The notes below the pieces were generated by a model, which saw nothing but the letters and a program-made list of their open reading frames with translations, did not search any database and was not told the DNA's origin. The position numbers and the translations under genes were made by a program. A stretch of DNA of 63,003 bases, counting the filler, from Hausera hauseri (lineage: Eukaryota), in assembly GCA_046269625.1 (NCBI GenBank). It is 11 parts of 11 records of this genome, joined end to end, with 100 filler letters (N's around TTAATTAATTAA, not from the genome) between each part and the next. Parts side by side here need not be neighbours in the genome. Positions count along the whole stretch, not along the records: positions 22,979 to 30,944 come from JBJURY010844302.1; positions 31,045 to 35,114 come from JBJURY010781646.1; 9 more parts are not named here. One strand, 5' to 3'. Positions 23,330-34,756 of this stretch are shown here, one piece after another; the first letter of the stretch is position 1, and each line of letters begins with the position of its first letter.

Positions 23330-26300
23330 CTACCGATCATCAAATGAATCACCAACATCCAAGAGCAATTTAAAACCCTTGTCCTGTACCTGACCCAACA
23401 AATCAGGAATATGTACAAAACGTGCAGGACAATCCTCACTGTCAGGATAATTTCCATTATGAAACACGACCATCAAATGGTAACGTTCCTTGTAACTCCA
23501 TGCACATGTCACTTCCTGATGAGACAAATCGAACTGCCGTTTAGTCGGCTGGGTTGTCGCCTTCACCTCCAAATAAATATTATCTGTAGGACCATCCGGA
23601 CCACGTTGCACAGTTAATTTAAAATCATACGGTAACATTGATTCATCATGGTCATTTATCCATCGAATTTGCAGCACCGTCCATTCACCAATGACCATTG
23701 CTGAACGTAATTTGTCATATACCAACTGTTCACCAATTCTCCCTGATTTCATCATTGCCTCTTCTGTTCCTGTAATCCGTCGACATGGTTTCTTTGCATT
23801 GTCCATTGGACTTTCCTTTGCGACAAGTTTCCGCTTAGCCGTTACAGATGTGGTTGCCAATGGAGACGGCGGCATTGAAATGACACCTGCTGCTGATGAA
23901 GGACGACTGACAGTTGGTGTATTGATTGGTATGGCTTCTGACGGTGCCGGCGAATCACAAATGGACTGGCCATCTGCAGGTGACTCGTCGATGTGCACTA
24001 CTGACAAGTCACAGACTTCTCCTTCTTCAAGTGACGATAAACTGATTACATCGGCAGCTGGCTCTTCGTGAGGAGAACAGATCGTTACCGAATCAGCAGG
24101 AGATGGTGGCTGCCAACAAGGACTGGGTCGTTTGTCATTGGTGGTGGTGCCTCCGCCAGCGCCACTGTGGAACATTGCAAATAATTTGTCGATAACAAAT
24201 GATTGTACACGTAATCCGTGTGATCGGACGAACGACGTCAATTGGCTGCTGTCACTCTCTTCCACAAGGTCGAGTAGACCAAAACAGAATTTTCTGAATT
24301 TCGGACGCAGATATCGATGGGTATCTCTATCCAATAGCCACTGGGATAAAGCATCCAAAACTTGTTTGGCTGTGTCGATTCCATCAGCAAGAGGAATTCC
24401 ACCGACTAACAATTCATATTGACCTCCAGCGACATACGAATTACTGTCGCTGACCAATGATACGACAACAGCTCGATGAGATGTGCAATAACTAATTAAG
24501 TCATCGAGAGATGTTGACAATTCAACCATTTCATCTCCCTGTTGAAATTGGACAAGAGCACACAACCAAAGTCCACATTGACCGAGTACGTCACGTGGAA
24601 CATTATAGGCAAACCATCGACTGATAATTTCATCGAGGTGAAGAGACAGACTACGTAAGGAGACGCTAGGTACGAATGAAGTGCGGTTGACAACAGAACG
24701 AGAAGTGGAATCCTCTAAGACTGGCAAACGGGAATATCGACTGATAAATTCGGCTGCAGTGAGATACATATCAGTGTTATATGGATGAAAATTTGTACGG
24801 CAAGCAACATTGTCAATGTATCTACCCATGTCAACGGCAAGGAGGTCGGTATGAGCAGCATGATCACGGACTTGTGAGAATGCATTGACATTGGCAATTG
24901 ATTGCCACATGTAAATACGCATTTTGTCCGTTATATCGCCATAGCAACGGTATCGTCCACTGAGGCATGGTAACAATGGCAAATGTACAAGACTAGTGCC
25001 CGTGCTGATGCCCGTGCCGGTGGCGGTATCGACAGATTGGCAATACAAAAAATGAACCATATTGAATACATCGGTGATAATTTCCATATCGAGACAGGAT
25101 TGTTCAATAGGATGGTCTGGTTGAACGAGCTGCAATAAACCATTTAATGTTGGCCACAGAGCATTAACTGATGGGTACTTATTGACACCGATGATGCCAA
25201 TGAATAGGTCATCCATACCAGCGTATGCAGTGATCAATGGACGCAGACCATCAGTTACGCAATTCGTTGAGGTCATGATTTGCTGTAAATCATCACGGAG
25301 TTGTACAGTACGTGGACGATGCGAAGGTAATGTCCAATAACAACAATTAGCTAATGACAATTGACAGAGATCGGTATCATCAGATCCATAATCATCAGGA
25401 ATAAGCACTAATAACTGACCACCAAGTGCATTACGTAAGCGATTAAATAAACTTTCCATGGTATGTCGTGAGAAATTCTGTATAATCCAACGATATAAAT
25501 CACGTGCCTGAATTCGAGTCAGCATCAATGATTTATGGATAAAAATACGTTCCAATAAAGCATAGACAGCATCAATACCAACATCAGACATCATTCGTAA
25601 TTGATGAGGTAATGCAGCATTACTGAATACAACGGGACAAAATGGAAAATATGCTAATAAACTATCTGGTGGTGTCAATTTATTTGGATCAGCAGTTAGC
25701 ATAAATGATACAGAACAAGGAATAAGTAATTGATTATCGATTAATGGAATTCGATGATCCGGTTGATATAAATCATGAAATGATGCTAATATTGGTATCC
25801 ATGGGTTTTGTTGTATTGTTATAATCCATGGATCATTATCAATATGCGCTGACGATGACGACGATGACATTCGTAACCACCATCGATCAAGATAACGTAA
25901 TAGAGATAAATTTAAACGGGAATTACGCAATGCTAACAGCTGACCAATTTCAGGATAATCAACACCACCATCAGGTAATGATTCACGATACAAACCAAAT
26001 GAAGCACCAGCCATAATAAAAAAGTCACGCCATTCATCAAGTGTACCAGTACGAGTACGAGTACAAATACGATCAGAATCATTATCAGTCAAATATTCAT
26101 CATCAATTACAGAATAATTACAATGTCCATGCAATAAACTGACGGCATTATCAACAGGATCAATAAGACCAGGCAAATGAACATGACTGAGATTCGTACC
26201 ATTACGTAATTCCTTTGTAATGGTACCATCGATGTTATGACTTATGACACAAAATTGCATTTTCTGTAATACCGATTCACGTTCATTACGATTACATTGC

Positions 26301-29300
26301 TCGACAAGAAATTTCGTTGCAGAAATGAGCCAATTCTGATCAATTTTCAATGATAAACCGGGTATAATACAATGATTAATAACAGAAACGGCAGACAGTT
26401 CTGGAATGCCGAGTCGTTGTAAAATATATCGAACCGGATTGACAACAGCAGTTCGTGAGTTTGAAGTTGTCTGAAATCGTTCAATAAAATCCCCATTGAC
26501 AATAAATCGTAATGAGGCAAACGAATCCGATCCAGTTGAATTGATATAATTTGATGATGCGGCACATGATGGGATAAACAAGGGCAATTCGGTATTACGA
26601 ACACTAACAAATTTATCCGGATGACCGAATACTGGCCATAAAGCAATGTCAGCTAATTGAGATAGAATTCTGTTGACGGTAGCCATATTTGTTTCTTGTT
26701 GAAGTGCACCATACAATGATCGAATGAAACAATTAATAAAATTCTCATCACGTACGTCAGTCAAATTTAATGTCGGCAACAAATTGCCAATATGCGATAA
26801 GGAAAATGACTGACAACCGAGCCATTTCAATACGGTTAACGTTCGTTCTGTAGCAAATTTGATAATAAATGGAGATAAACTCATCAATTGTAGTCGATTT
26901 GATAGATGAATATTCGTATCGTCATCGGTAATCGAATGAAGTAATAAGGAAGTCGGCGAACAGAGATTACCATGGCAATCCGGTAACCAATTTAATTGCG
27001 ATAACATTTGTCGTAGTTTATGAATAAGAATGTGAAATGGACTGTCAAATGGAATTTCATTTGGCATTGGGATGCAATCAATAATTCTAATAAGATAATT
27101 GTATGATGATGAATTGTTGTAGATGAGAGAGAACTGTCGGACAGTATCAATAAATATATCCGCTGATTGGCAAATAAGCCATGTATTCCATGGATTATCA
27201 CAAAGGATATCCTCACGCGATGCAGGAATAGAAAAATCCGCATTGATTATAAATCGTAAGCCATAACTGCGAATTGGTAAAAATGCAAATACCGGCTGAT
27301 CATCGTCATCATTATTATCATTATTTGCAGTACAACCACCTTCAATTTGAATTGCTATGGTAATAACAGTGTTATCAATACCAACTGGACTGTGCTGCAT
27401 CAATGTCTCATTCAATACAGCTATTGTTCTACTGCATGTAAACCAAATGTACTTTTCACCTTTATCCGTAACAACAACTCGCTTTTGTGACGAACATTCC
27501 CATTCGTTAAGTTCGATACTGCGTAATAATTTATCACCATCACGCAATACGATACGCCGTATTTTACGCAGAAATAATAGAAGCGACGGTCGAATATGGT
27601 CAGCAATGCCAATACGAATATTCGATGATAACGATGAATTGATCGGTAAGAGAAATGTTGTTTGCGTACCGTATTGGGGCAGTGGATCACACCAAATTGG
27701 AATAAGAGCATTTCCATTGTCGATAGTTTTATCGAATTTCACATGGAATCCATTGGAATGGACTTCTGGACAATCAGATACGAGAAATACCGATTTAAAT
27801 CCAATTCCCTTTCTACCAATTTTATCAGCCCGTTGAGACAATTTCGTACTGCATCCGATATCGCATAATGCTCGAATATCATCTTCAGTAAAACCCAATT
27901 CATTATTCCGTACTTGCAAAACGAGTTTATCATCATTTGCCAAATTGGACAGCCAAATAAATTCCAATGTCGGTACAGAATCATTAGCATATCGATTATC
28001 ATCGGCATTTTGTACTAATTCCAATACGAAATGCATTGGATTAGCATACAAATCTCCAGATAAATGTTCAACAAGTCTTGCCATTCGTTTATTGAAATTA
28101 TCGACGAGTTTACCATCAGTTACGGCTAATTCGATTCCAATACCGAATTCGTTTCGTCGAATATCATCGATAATTCGTTGCTTATCCATGTCATTTTGTT
28201 GCTGTTGTATTATTGTTGTTGTTGCTGCTGCTCCTGCTCCTACTCTTGTTGTTAATGACGACGATGATGCTGATGATAATGTCGTATCAATTCGTAACGA
28301 ATGTTCGTCATCAGATTCGTTATCGATTATTGGTGAATAAATTCCATATTTGACTGGATTGCTATTGACTACGACCGCAACAGACGATGATGGCGGTAAC
28401 GACGGTGGTGACGTAAGGTCCGCTGTCAACGACGACGACGACGATGATGGTGGTGACGTAATAATCGATAATGCCGCAATATGTAATGGATCGGTTGCAG
28501 ATAAACACGTACACAACATTTGTAATGATGAACGGCTGAATAATGTCAACAAATCATTCAATTGTTGTAGAGAATTATCGGAAAACAAATGATGAACGAC
28601 AGGACTGATGAATGATGTGAGGAAAATCAGAAGGAAATCGGAAGGAATGACAGATGGTAAATGACGAATAAATCCAATCCATTCGGTATGCAATTTATCA
28701 TGAAAACATTTGACAAATTGATCAACGATATTGGCCATTACGAAACTGGTAGAAGGATCAGCAGAGCTGATAATAGCAGATATGATATTGGCGACAATGC
28801 GCTCCACTATAGAATTATCCTTGTCAGCAGCGGCAGCATGGAAATCAATATCCAATTGATCCAAATCAATTTTACTATGCAATCGTAATGATCCACAATC
28901 CGTCATAACAACCCGCACATTCATTGATGCAGCCAACAACGCATTGTCATTAACAAATGAATCAATATCACCCCAATGACGATAATAAATCTGTCGCCAA
29001 TGTAATGCCGAACTGATTTCGTGTAGCAAAGGAACAGATGCAATGGATGCCATAACGGCATCGCGTGATGAACACAACAATTTACCCGATGCACATGTTG
29101 CCATTGACATTACCATACGAATATCGACAACCGCCGGTATTCCATCATCCAATAAATGAGACTGATTCAATTGCCGATTATCCCACAATTGTTTCATTTC
29201 ACGGACAACATTTTCTGTCATTTGCAAACCCAATTTCTGCGGTAATGCATGCTGTAACATTTCATCAGCATTACTATCCATTGGTAACATGTGCATTTGC

Positions 29301-29704
29301 CGTATGACGAATGACGGATCAATTGCGATACATTTGCAATGATTGGATACTCCTTCTTTCTCTTTACTTGTATCCTCATTCTCCTTCTGTTTCTGCTGCT
29401 GCTGCTGTTGTTGTTGATTAATTCCATTACAATTTGTCCGTGAACGTAACAAACTCAATTGCTCATCAACCAAATCCAATCCTGACGTATTCAATGGCCA
29501 TCGAGACAAACCAACCATTCGCAAAACGTCCTGCTCAATAGCGATGACGTCATCTATTGACAATTTGTTGTTTGTATTTGTCAATTTTACTGAACGATCC
29601 AAGAACAATGTGGTCATCATTTCCTGACTAATTGGCATGTCTATATCCCCTGACAAAGCCAAGCACTGACGACGACGACGGACAAAACGTGATGGTGATA
29701 ACAA
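23330..29704 (-). CDS. NO VEIN-like protein: sacsin-type GHKL/HATPase domain plus C-terminal DUF3883 (PD-D/ExK-like)
   Basis: 2124-aa open frame with LYANPMHFVLELVQNADDN, NNELGF and IGRKGIGFKSVF. The C-terminus reads GRIGEQLVY...WIN...LPYDF...YLEVKAT...SHQE. Confidence 0.9.
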   Translation of the reverse strand: MLSPSRFVRRRRQCLALSGDIDMPISQEMMTTLFLDRSVKLTNTNNKLSIDDVIAIEQDVLRMVGLSRWPLNTSGLDLVDEQLSLLRSRTNCNGINQQQQQQQQKQKENEDTSKEKEGVSNHCKCIAIDPSFVIRQMHMLPMDSNADEMLQHALPQKLGLQMTENVVREMKQLWDNRQLNQSHLLDDGIPAVVDIRMVMSMATCASGKLLCSSRDAVMASIASVPLLHEISSALHWRQIYYRHWGDIDSFVNDNALLAASMNVRVVMTDCGSLRLHSKIDLDQLDIDFHAAAADKDNSIVERIVANIISAIISSADPSTSFVMANIVDQFVKCFHDKLHTEWIGFIRHLPSVIPSDFLLIFLTSFISPVVHHLFSDNSLQQLNDLLTLFSRSSLQMLCTCLSATDPLHIAALSIITSPPSSSSSSLTADLTSPPSLPPSSSVAVVVNSNPVKYGIYSPIIDNESDDEHSLRIDTTLSSASSSSLTTRVGAGAAATTTIIQQQQNDMDKQRIIDDIRRNEFGIGIELAVTDGKLVDNFNKRMARLVEHLSGDLYANPMHFVLELVQNADDNRYANDSVPTLEFIWLSNLANDDKLVLQVRNNELGFTEDDIRALCDIGCSTKLSQRADKIGRKGIGFKSVFLVSDCPEVHSNGFHVKFDKTIDNGNALIPIWCDPLPQYGTQTTFLLPINSSLSSNIRIGIADHIRPSLLLFLRKIRRIVLRDGDKLLRSIELNEWECSSQKRVVVTDKGEKYIWFTCSRTIAVLNETLMQHSPVGIDNTVITIAIQIEGGCTANNDNNDDDDQPVFAFLPIRSYGLRFIINADFSIPASREDILCDNPWNTWLICQSADIFIDTVRQFSLIYNNSSSYNYLIRIIDCIPMPNEIPFDSPFHILIHKLRQMLSQLNWLPDCHGNLCSPTSLLLHSITDDDTNIHLSNRLQLMSLSPFIIKFATERTLTVLKWLGCQSFSLSHIGNLLPTLNLTDVRDENFINCFIRSLYGALQQETNMATVNRILSQLADIALWPVFGHPDKFVSVRNTELPLFIPSCAASSNYINSTGSDSFASLRFIVNGDFIERFQTTSNSRTAVVNPVRYILQRLGIPELSAVSVINHCIIPGLSLKIDQNWLISATKFLVEQCNRNERESVLQKMQFCVISHNIDGTITKELRNGTNLSHVHLPGLIDPVDNAVSLLHGHCNYSVIDDEYLTDNDSDRICTRTRTGTLDEWRDFFIMAGASFGLYRESLPDGGVDYPEIGQLLALRNSRLNLSLLRYLDRWWLRMSSSSSSAHIDNDPWIITIQQNPWIPILASFHDLYQPDHRIPLIDNQLLIPCSVSFMLTADPNKLTPPDSLLAYFPFCPVVFSNAALPHQLRMMSDVGIDAVYALLERIFIHKSLMLTRIQARDLYRWIIQNFSRHTMESLFNRLRNALGGQLLVLIPDDYGSDDTDLCQLSLANCCYWTLPSHRPRTVQLRDDLQQIMTSTNCVTDGLRPLITAYAGMDDLFIGIIGVNKYPSVNALWPTLNGLLQLVQPDHPIEQSCLDMEIITDVFNMVHFLYCQSVDTATGTGISTGTSLVHLPLLPCLSGRYRCYGDITDKMRIYMWQSIANVNAFSQVRDHAAHTDLLAVDMGRYIDNVACRTNFHPYNTDMYLTAAEFISRYSRLPVLEDSTSRSVVNRTSFVPSVSLRSLSLHLDEIISRWFAYNVPRDVLGQCGLWLCALVQFQQGDEMVELSTSLDDLISYCTSHRAVVVSLVSDSNSYVAGGQYELLVGGIPLADGIDTAKQVLDALSQWLLDRDTHRYLRPKFRKFCFGLLDLVEESDSSQLTSFVRSHGLRVQSFVIDKLFAMFHSGAGGGTTTNDKRPSPCWQPPSPADSVTICSPHEEPAADVISLSSLEEGEVCDLSVVHIDESPADGQSICDSPAPSEAIPINTPTVSRPSSAAGVISMPPSPLATTSVTAKRKLVAKESPMDNAKKPCRRITGTEEAMMKSGRIGEQLVYDKLRSAMVIGEWTVLQIRWINDHDESMLPYDFKLTVQRGPDGPTDNIYLEVKATTQPTKRQFDLSHQEVTCAWSYKERYHLMVVFHNGNYPDSEDCPARFVHIPDLLGQVQDKGFKLLLDVGDSFDDR

Positions 29705-30944
29705 TTCAACAAGTTACGTAAGCAATGGCGGAAAGAAATCCAAATGAATTCTGGCACTGGATACGTCATCAGACAAACATGCAATAACACTTGAACATAC
29801 CGAGATGATGACAGCACAGCAGTTTTTTGTGGATTGCAGAAGATACCGTTTGTGATAGACCACCTGACAATCAGTTGGTAAATTGATGTGTCACCATGAT
29901 AGATAAATTGAGGATTTCTGTGAGCGTCATGATGCTGCATTCCTTCTTGTCAACAAAATAAACTGAAAGAAATGTGTGGATATCGTTTAAGAAAGGCATA
30001 AATATAACTTGATGCCAATAATTCAGTGGAACTTTCCGTAACTCGTCATCAGCATTAGGAATTAACGCAAATTGTCCTTTATTACTGTCAGTCAGACAAA
30101 TGTCAAACGCACCAAATCCGATAGCCAAATGAAATAATTCACCAAATAACGCCTGATCCTGAAGCATATTCATTAACGTACGTACGGCAATTTGCGGGTC
30201 TGTTGTGGATGTTTCTGCAGTCGGCTACAGTTTGTGACTGGCCATTACAGGACGTTCACCATTCAAGAATGGATTGAAATTTGTCTCCGATACATCATAG
30301 AATGTTATTCTCGTCAATTTATCTATTCGATCTGTCAACAGTCCAATCACTTGCAATGACTGGCGAATGGCTGCCATTGTATCACGTCGTAACAATTAGG
30401 AAGTTTTCGTATTCAGCAATTTTTTCTGGATCGAGTCTAATTTATCTGTGAAGGCAGCAGTTTTCAATGTTTTGAAATTGGTTATTTTGATACCAAGATT
30501 ACGTGCAGATGGCATGACGTATTTCCTGCATAAGAAATCCAGGAAATGACGTTCATTATTGGTGGTAACGACGGCATATTCTTCATCATGATTGGAAGAT
30601 TCTGATGTTGGGAATTCGGCACAATCGTAGATAAGATTTGAGAGAGTAACTGTTGGCGGAGGAATTGTCATTGATGGTGTACTAAGGATTCTTTCACGGA
30701 CTAAAGGAATCTTTTCCAATGGACCTAACATACAACGGACATTAACAGCACCTCCACATATTTTATCAGCCAGTCCACAGACATCGCAAAATGTGACAGC
30801 AGGACGTAGCTGTAACATTGCCTCTATATGGGAGGTAAAACTTTGAACAAGATCGATATGTTGTCTCATTTGTGGAATACTGCGGAAATTGTGATAAAAA
30901 TATTGTTTTATGGAATCTGGTTAGATAGTCTAAAAACATATTTC
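29705..30944 (-). pseudogene. Disrupted 5' portion of the NO VEIN-like gene
   Basis: Collinear protein-like frame with in-frame stops near 30396, 30226, 29871 and 29714, plus one frameshift near the homopolymer at ~29823-29828. Confidence 0.6.
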
Positions 30945-31044
30945 NNNNNNNNNNNNNNNNNNNNNNNNNNNNNNNNNNNNNNNNNNNNTTAATTAATTAA
31001 NNNNNNNNNNNNNNNNNNNNNNNNNNNNNNNNNNNNNNNNNNNN

Positions 31045-31123
31045 TGTTCATTATATTTTTTAATACCTTGTGAATTTATTGGGAATTTTATTCCTTCTAA
31101 ATTTAATATTTCTGATTTAAGAT
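31045..31123 (-). pseudogene. polB: Polinton polB N-terminal fragment cut by an LTR
   Basis: LNLEGIKFPINSQGIKKYNE resembles the equivalent segment WCITFPPSLDEIKKFSRIN in the polB copy at 37413-38120. Confidence 0.55.
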
Positions 31124-31243
31124 TATGGTGCCTGCGTCGACCGTCGCCCTCTGGCCCATTCGGTTGGGCACGGCCAGATTTCCGCTGCTGGCGCGTCGGG
31201 CACATAGGCAGGCCCAGATTTTCTGCCTCGAGGCTGCACCATA
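31124..31243 (+). repeat. Short GC-rich Gypsy LTR copy (120 bp)
   Basis: TATGGTGC...GCACCATA inverted ends; similar along its length to the LTR at 21996. Confidence 0.85.
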
Positions 31244-33080
31244 TGATTGCGACGTTAGACGATGTCTCAATCAGGTGATTTCCGTTGCACAACGGATACA
31301 GCTGGGATCAAATTAATAAATGTCCTATGCACGATGACCGGCTGCGATCATCAACAGCCATCAGTCTATTCGGGCATGTTTAATAATGATCTGGAGATGG
31401 CTGCGAATAAAATTTTTGAGGTTATGTCAAGCAACAAGGTTGATGATGGCTGGTATACAATAAACAGACAGGAAAAAGCTAAAAAGAAATCAGGAAAAAC
31501 TGAAAGCCAATGGAGTGACGATAATTTTTCGAATATCAAAAATCGAATTTCTTACCGAACCCAGAAGACTTTCGGTTTAAAATCTTCCAATTCATTTTAT
31601 TCTTATTTCATTAATTTATCAAATGGAGTATGTCAGATAAAAGAACGCAAATTAAACAAAAATCTATCCGCGATATACCATTCGTAACAAGGTACAGAGA
31701 ACCTGTCAAACAACATGGCTTTGTGCTCAAATTGAATTTGTTCAATTCGATTTTACTTCTGTGAATTCCAAGACAATCCGTACAAATATTCGCCATTCGA
31801 TGACACGATTAATTTGGAAATCGGACTGGAGATATGTTTGCAAATATTGAAAACAGCCCTGATCGTATCAAAAACAACAACAATTAAAATGCGAAAAACG
31901 AGACATAAAACAATTAACAGGCTTTATCAGTTTGTTTCCTTACAGGAGTAGCATCTCATTCCTGTCTATATGCACAAATTCTGTTGGCCTTTTAATTCTG
32001 GTGTTCTGATAGTTTGAAACAGAAAACAACAAAGTTATGCGATCTGTTTTTATTGTACTCTTAACATAAAAACTTGTAGTAATACCGTCTGTATAAAAGT
32101 AAAACGCAATTTCATTGTGCTTCACGATAGATTTTCATCCTAATCCTATGCTTAACCGGGACCATTTTTCCTTGGACGGTGGAAAACCACCTTTAACTCA
32201 TCAGCAACAATCTGGATCAGCATCTCTAATCAAACCCGTTGGGTCCAGTTCAAATTCAAATTCTTCACTTATTCCCATGTTCAAATGCCTTATAGTCATT
32301 CCAATGGTACACCTGTCGGATTTTTCTAGCACAAACGAATGATCCCAGGTGATATTCGAAATCGATCTCAATACTGATAAATAATTTGTACAGTCGGATA
32401 TTTTTTTCAGCATTGTTCTATTACAAAACTGAAAATTTATTCATGTTTATTTACTGTAACAATCAGTTTGCCAACGCCGAAAGTAAAAAAATATCAAATA
32501 ATCGTTAATGGCAAAAACTATAGTATTCTGTGCGATAATCCTTTATTAAAAGTTTCGTCTTTCAATACGAAGTTTAATTGTAAAATCTTATGTAATTTTT
32601 ATTTCATGCGATACTGAAAGATGCTGTAATTTATAAGGTGTGTATAGGTACAAAAAATTTGTTTGAATAATGTAAATATGTTGATAAATTTTTTTTTGAA
32701 TTTGATTTAAATACAATTTTAGCAACCAATTTCTTTTCCCTGAATCAACTTTACAATTTTTAGTCATATTGTGAGAAAAAAATTTAGTTTTATTATCGAC
32801 GATCTGAATTAATTTGTTAATCAGTTTTCTTCATTGAATTGATACAGACAATTGATTTTAGTTTTGGTGATTTAGCAATATCTATCTACAGTTTTGTCTC
32901 TAAAATCAGATTTGTCGTGATTTCATCAGCATCTCTTTGTGCAGACGGATATTAATCATTTCGTTACAAATTGGTGTCAGACGTTTTTCGGATATTCAGT
33001 GAAAAATTTTCAAGAAATTTATTTAACTATTTGCACAACCGTTTATTAAACGTTTTCCTAATATCATTTGTATTTCGAAG

Positions 33081-33566
33081 ATGCCAAAGGACTCACGTAA
33101 AATCTATCAAATTCTTATGCGTGAAGGATCAACATACACGCTTGAATACTTTGTAGAAGGAATCGACACGTTACAAGCTATTCCAAATTCACTGATTGTA
33201 TTCAACATGCCTAAACGAATTCATGATGACATTACATACAAATCAAAGTTTGAAAATCTTTTCAGAGTTTGACAAAGAAGATAAATTTATTTACCTATCA
33301 GGTTTTCATCGAGTTAAAGTTCTATTGAAATCAAGTGCAGCTGCCGTGTTGGCTCGCATAAAAGCAAATAATGTTTTCCCGAAATATTCAATTTCGTCAT
33401 CAGAGGATAATCCAAAAGAATTGATGCAATATATATATTTGCTAACCGAACCCATCCAATGGATTATATGGAGTTGCCAAGAAAAGAAAATCGATTTCTA
33501 ATTTCACTACCGGCATCTCCGCCGGATGATTGGCAACCAAAATTGCAAGCTTTACCGCGATTAATT
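33081..33566 (+). pseudogene. RCAN: Calcipressin/RCAN-like gene, intronless and frameshifted
   Basis: KFENLF-SEFD...FIYLSGFHRVKV...ARIK, and NRFLISLPASPPDDWQ matching the FLISPPxSPP signature. Confidence 0.8.
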
Positions 33567-33690
33567 ACGATTTATTGACAGCCATTGCTTCGTTGAGTCT
33601 CAAACACTGCGAAATTGGTGGCCGAAGGATACATAACTGCTTCCAGGTAACATTTCTTTCAACTATCATATAAAGCCATGATTGTATTAT

Positions 33691-33955
33691 TGTTAATGTT
33701 TTTAGTCCGTCTAGATCAAGTGTGTTCAAAACACAACAATTCCCACAGGTGCTGGAGCACTGCACACAAAACAAACCGATATGTATAAGAACGACTTTAG
33801 ATGGCATGTATTTAATACAATCATGGTTTTATAAATGCATGCCATCTAAAGTCGTTCTTATACATATCGGTTTGTTTTGTGTGCAGTGCGCCAGTACCTG
33901 TGGGAATTGTTGTGTTTTGAACACACTTGATCCAAATGGACTAAAAACATTAACA
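33691..33955. repeat. Near-perfect inverted repeat with ~124-bp arms and a 17-nt loop
   Basis: 33691-33814 is the reverse complement of 33832-33955 with few mismatches. Confidence 0.95.
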
Positions 33956-33956
33956 G

Positions 33957-34715
33957 ATAATGATTTAGCAAACGAACCTGACCGAACGACAGTACTATCC
34001 CAACCAATAAACCACTCTATGTTGAATCCAAGAACGATACTTATCGATTCACAGCCCACATGCATAAATAATGTTAAGACCGGTGCATGTCGAAATATTT
34101 CTAGTAGGGAACTAATGATTACTAACTGAAGATTTCGATAACAATTTTGCGTGAGGAAGTCTCAATTCTGGTGTACGATTACTAAGATTGTTTCCACCTC
34201 GGCTATTTAAACTAGCCGAAATAACAAATAATTCGCATGCATTTATCGTCATTAACAGTATGGGTGGCGATACGGGGTTTAGAATTGGCGCGTTGATAAT
34301 GCAACAATTTGCCGTTGATCATCCCAAACAAACCAAATACAATTGGCATTATTTCTCAGCCCTATAATGTCTACGGCGATCGCTGAATCATACAATAGCG
34401 TATTTTATAGTCATACAACACTAGATACGTGTGATTTGTCTATACTTTTTAATAATTTGAAAGAAGTACATACAAATTCAATACCGTACCCAAGGATACA
34501 CCACGCAATAATGAGGCATTCTCCAATTCTGCACGAAACACGATTTAAGTATGCCAGTCCATCGGTCGAACAAATTATAAGAAGTGTTTCCTCGAAAGAT
34601 TACCAAACGACTAAAACCGACTTAAGTATAGAGAAATTCATATCGATTGTTATGAATTATCGTGATGCAGTTAAGCCTAGAGATGCTATGATTGCAATTC
34701 AGAAATGCCGAGTAG
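33957..34715 (+). pseudogene. TUBA: Divergent alpha-tubulin relic with an internal deletion
   Basis: NPRTILID-PT-INNVKTG, SMGGDTG, STAIAESYNSVFYSHTTL, TNSIPYPRIH and YRDAVKPRD. The segment between LFNN and LKEVHTN is missing relative to canonical alpha-tubulin. Confidence 0.85.
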
Positions 34716-34756
34716 CAATGGCCACACTTTTGAGGGGAAACTCGGTCACCCTGCAA

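Noticed and set aside
23411-29427. Many short ORFs overlapping the NO VEIN-like gene (and likewise VCP and the SRCR gene)
   Set aside because: They are antisense or alternate-frame shadows of long coding sequences.
29705-30400. Stop-codon reassignment explaining the in-frame stops
   Set aside because: All three stop types occur together with a frameshift, while the Gln-rich 2124-aa ORF and VCP contain no internal stops.
33565-33807. CVQCSSTCGNCC as a Polinton cysteine protease motif
   Set aside because: The resemblance is too short, and no catalytic His region was found.
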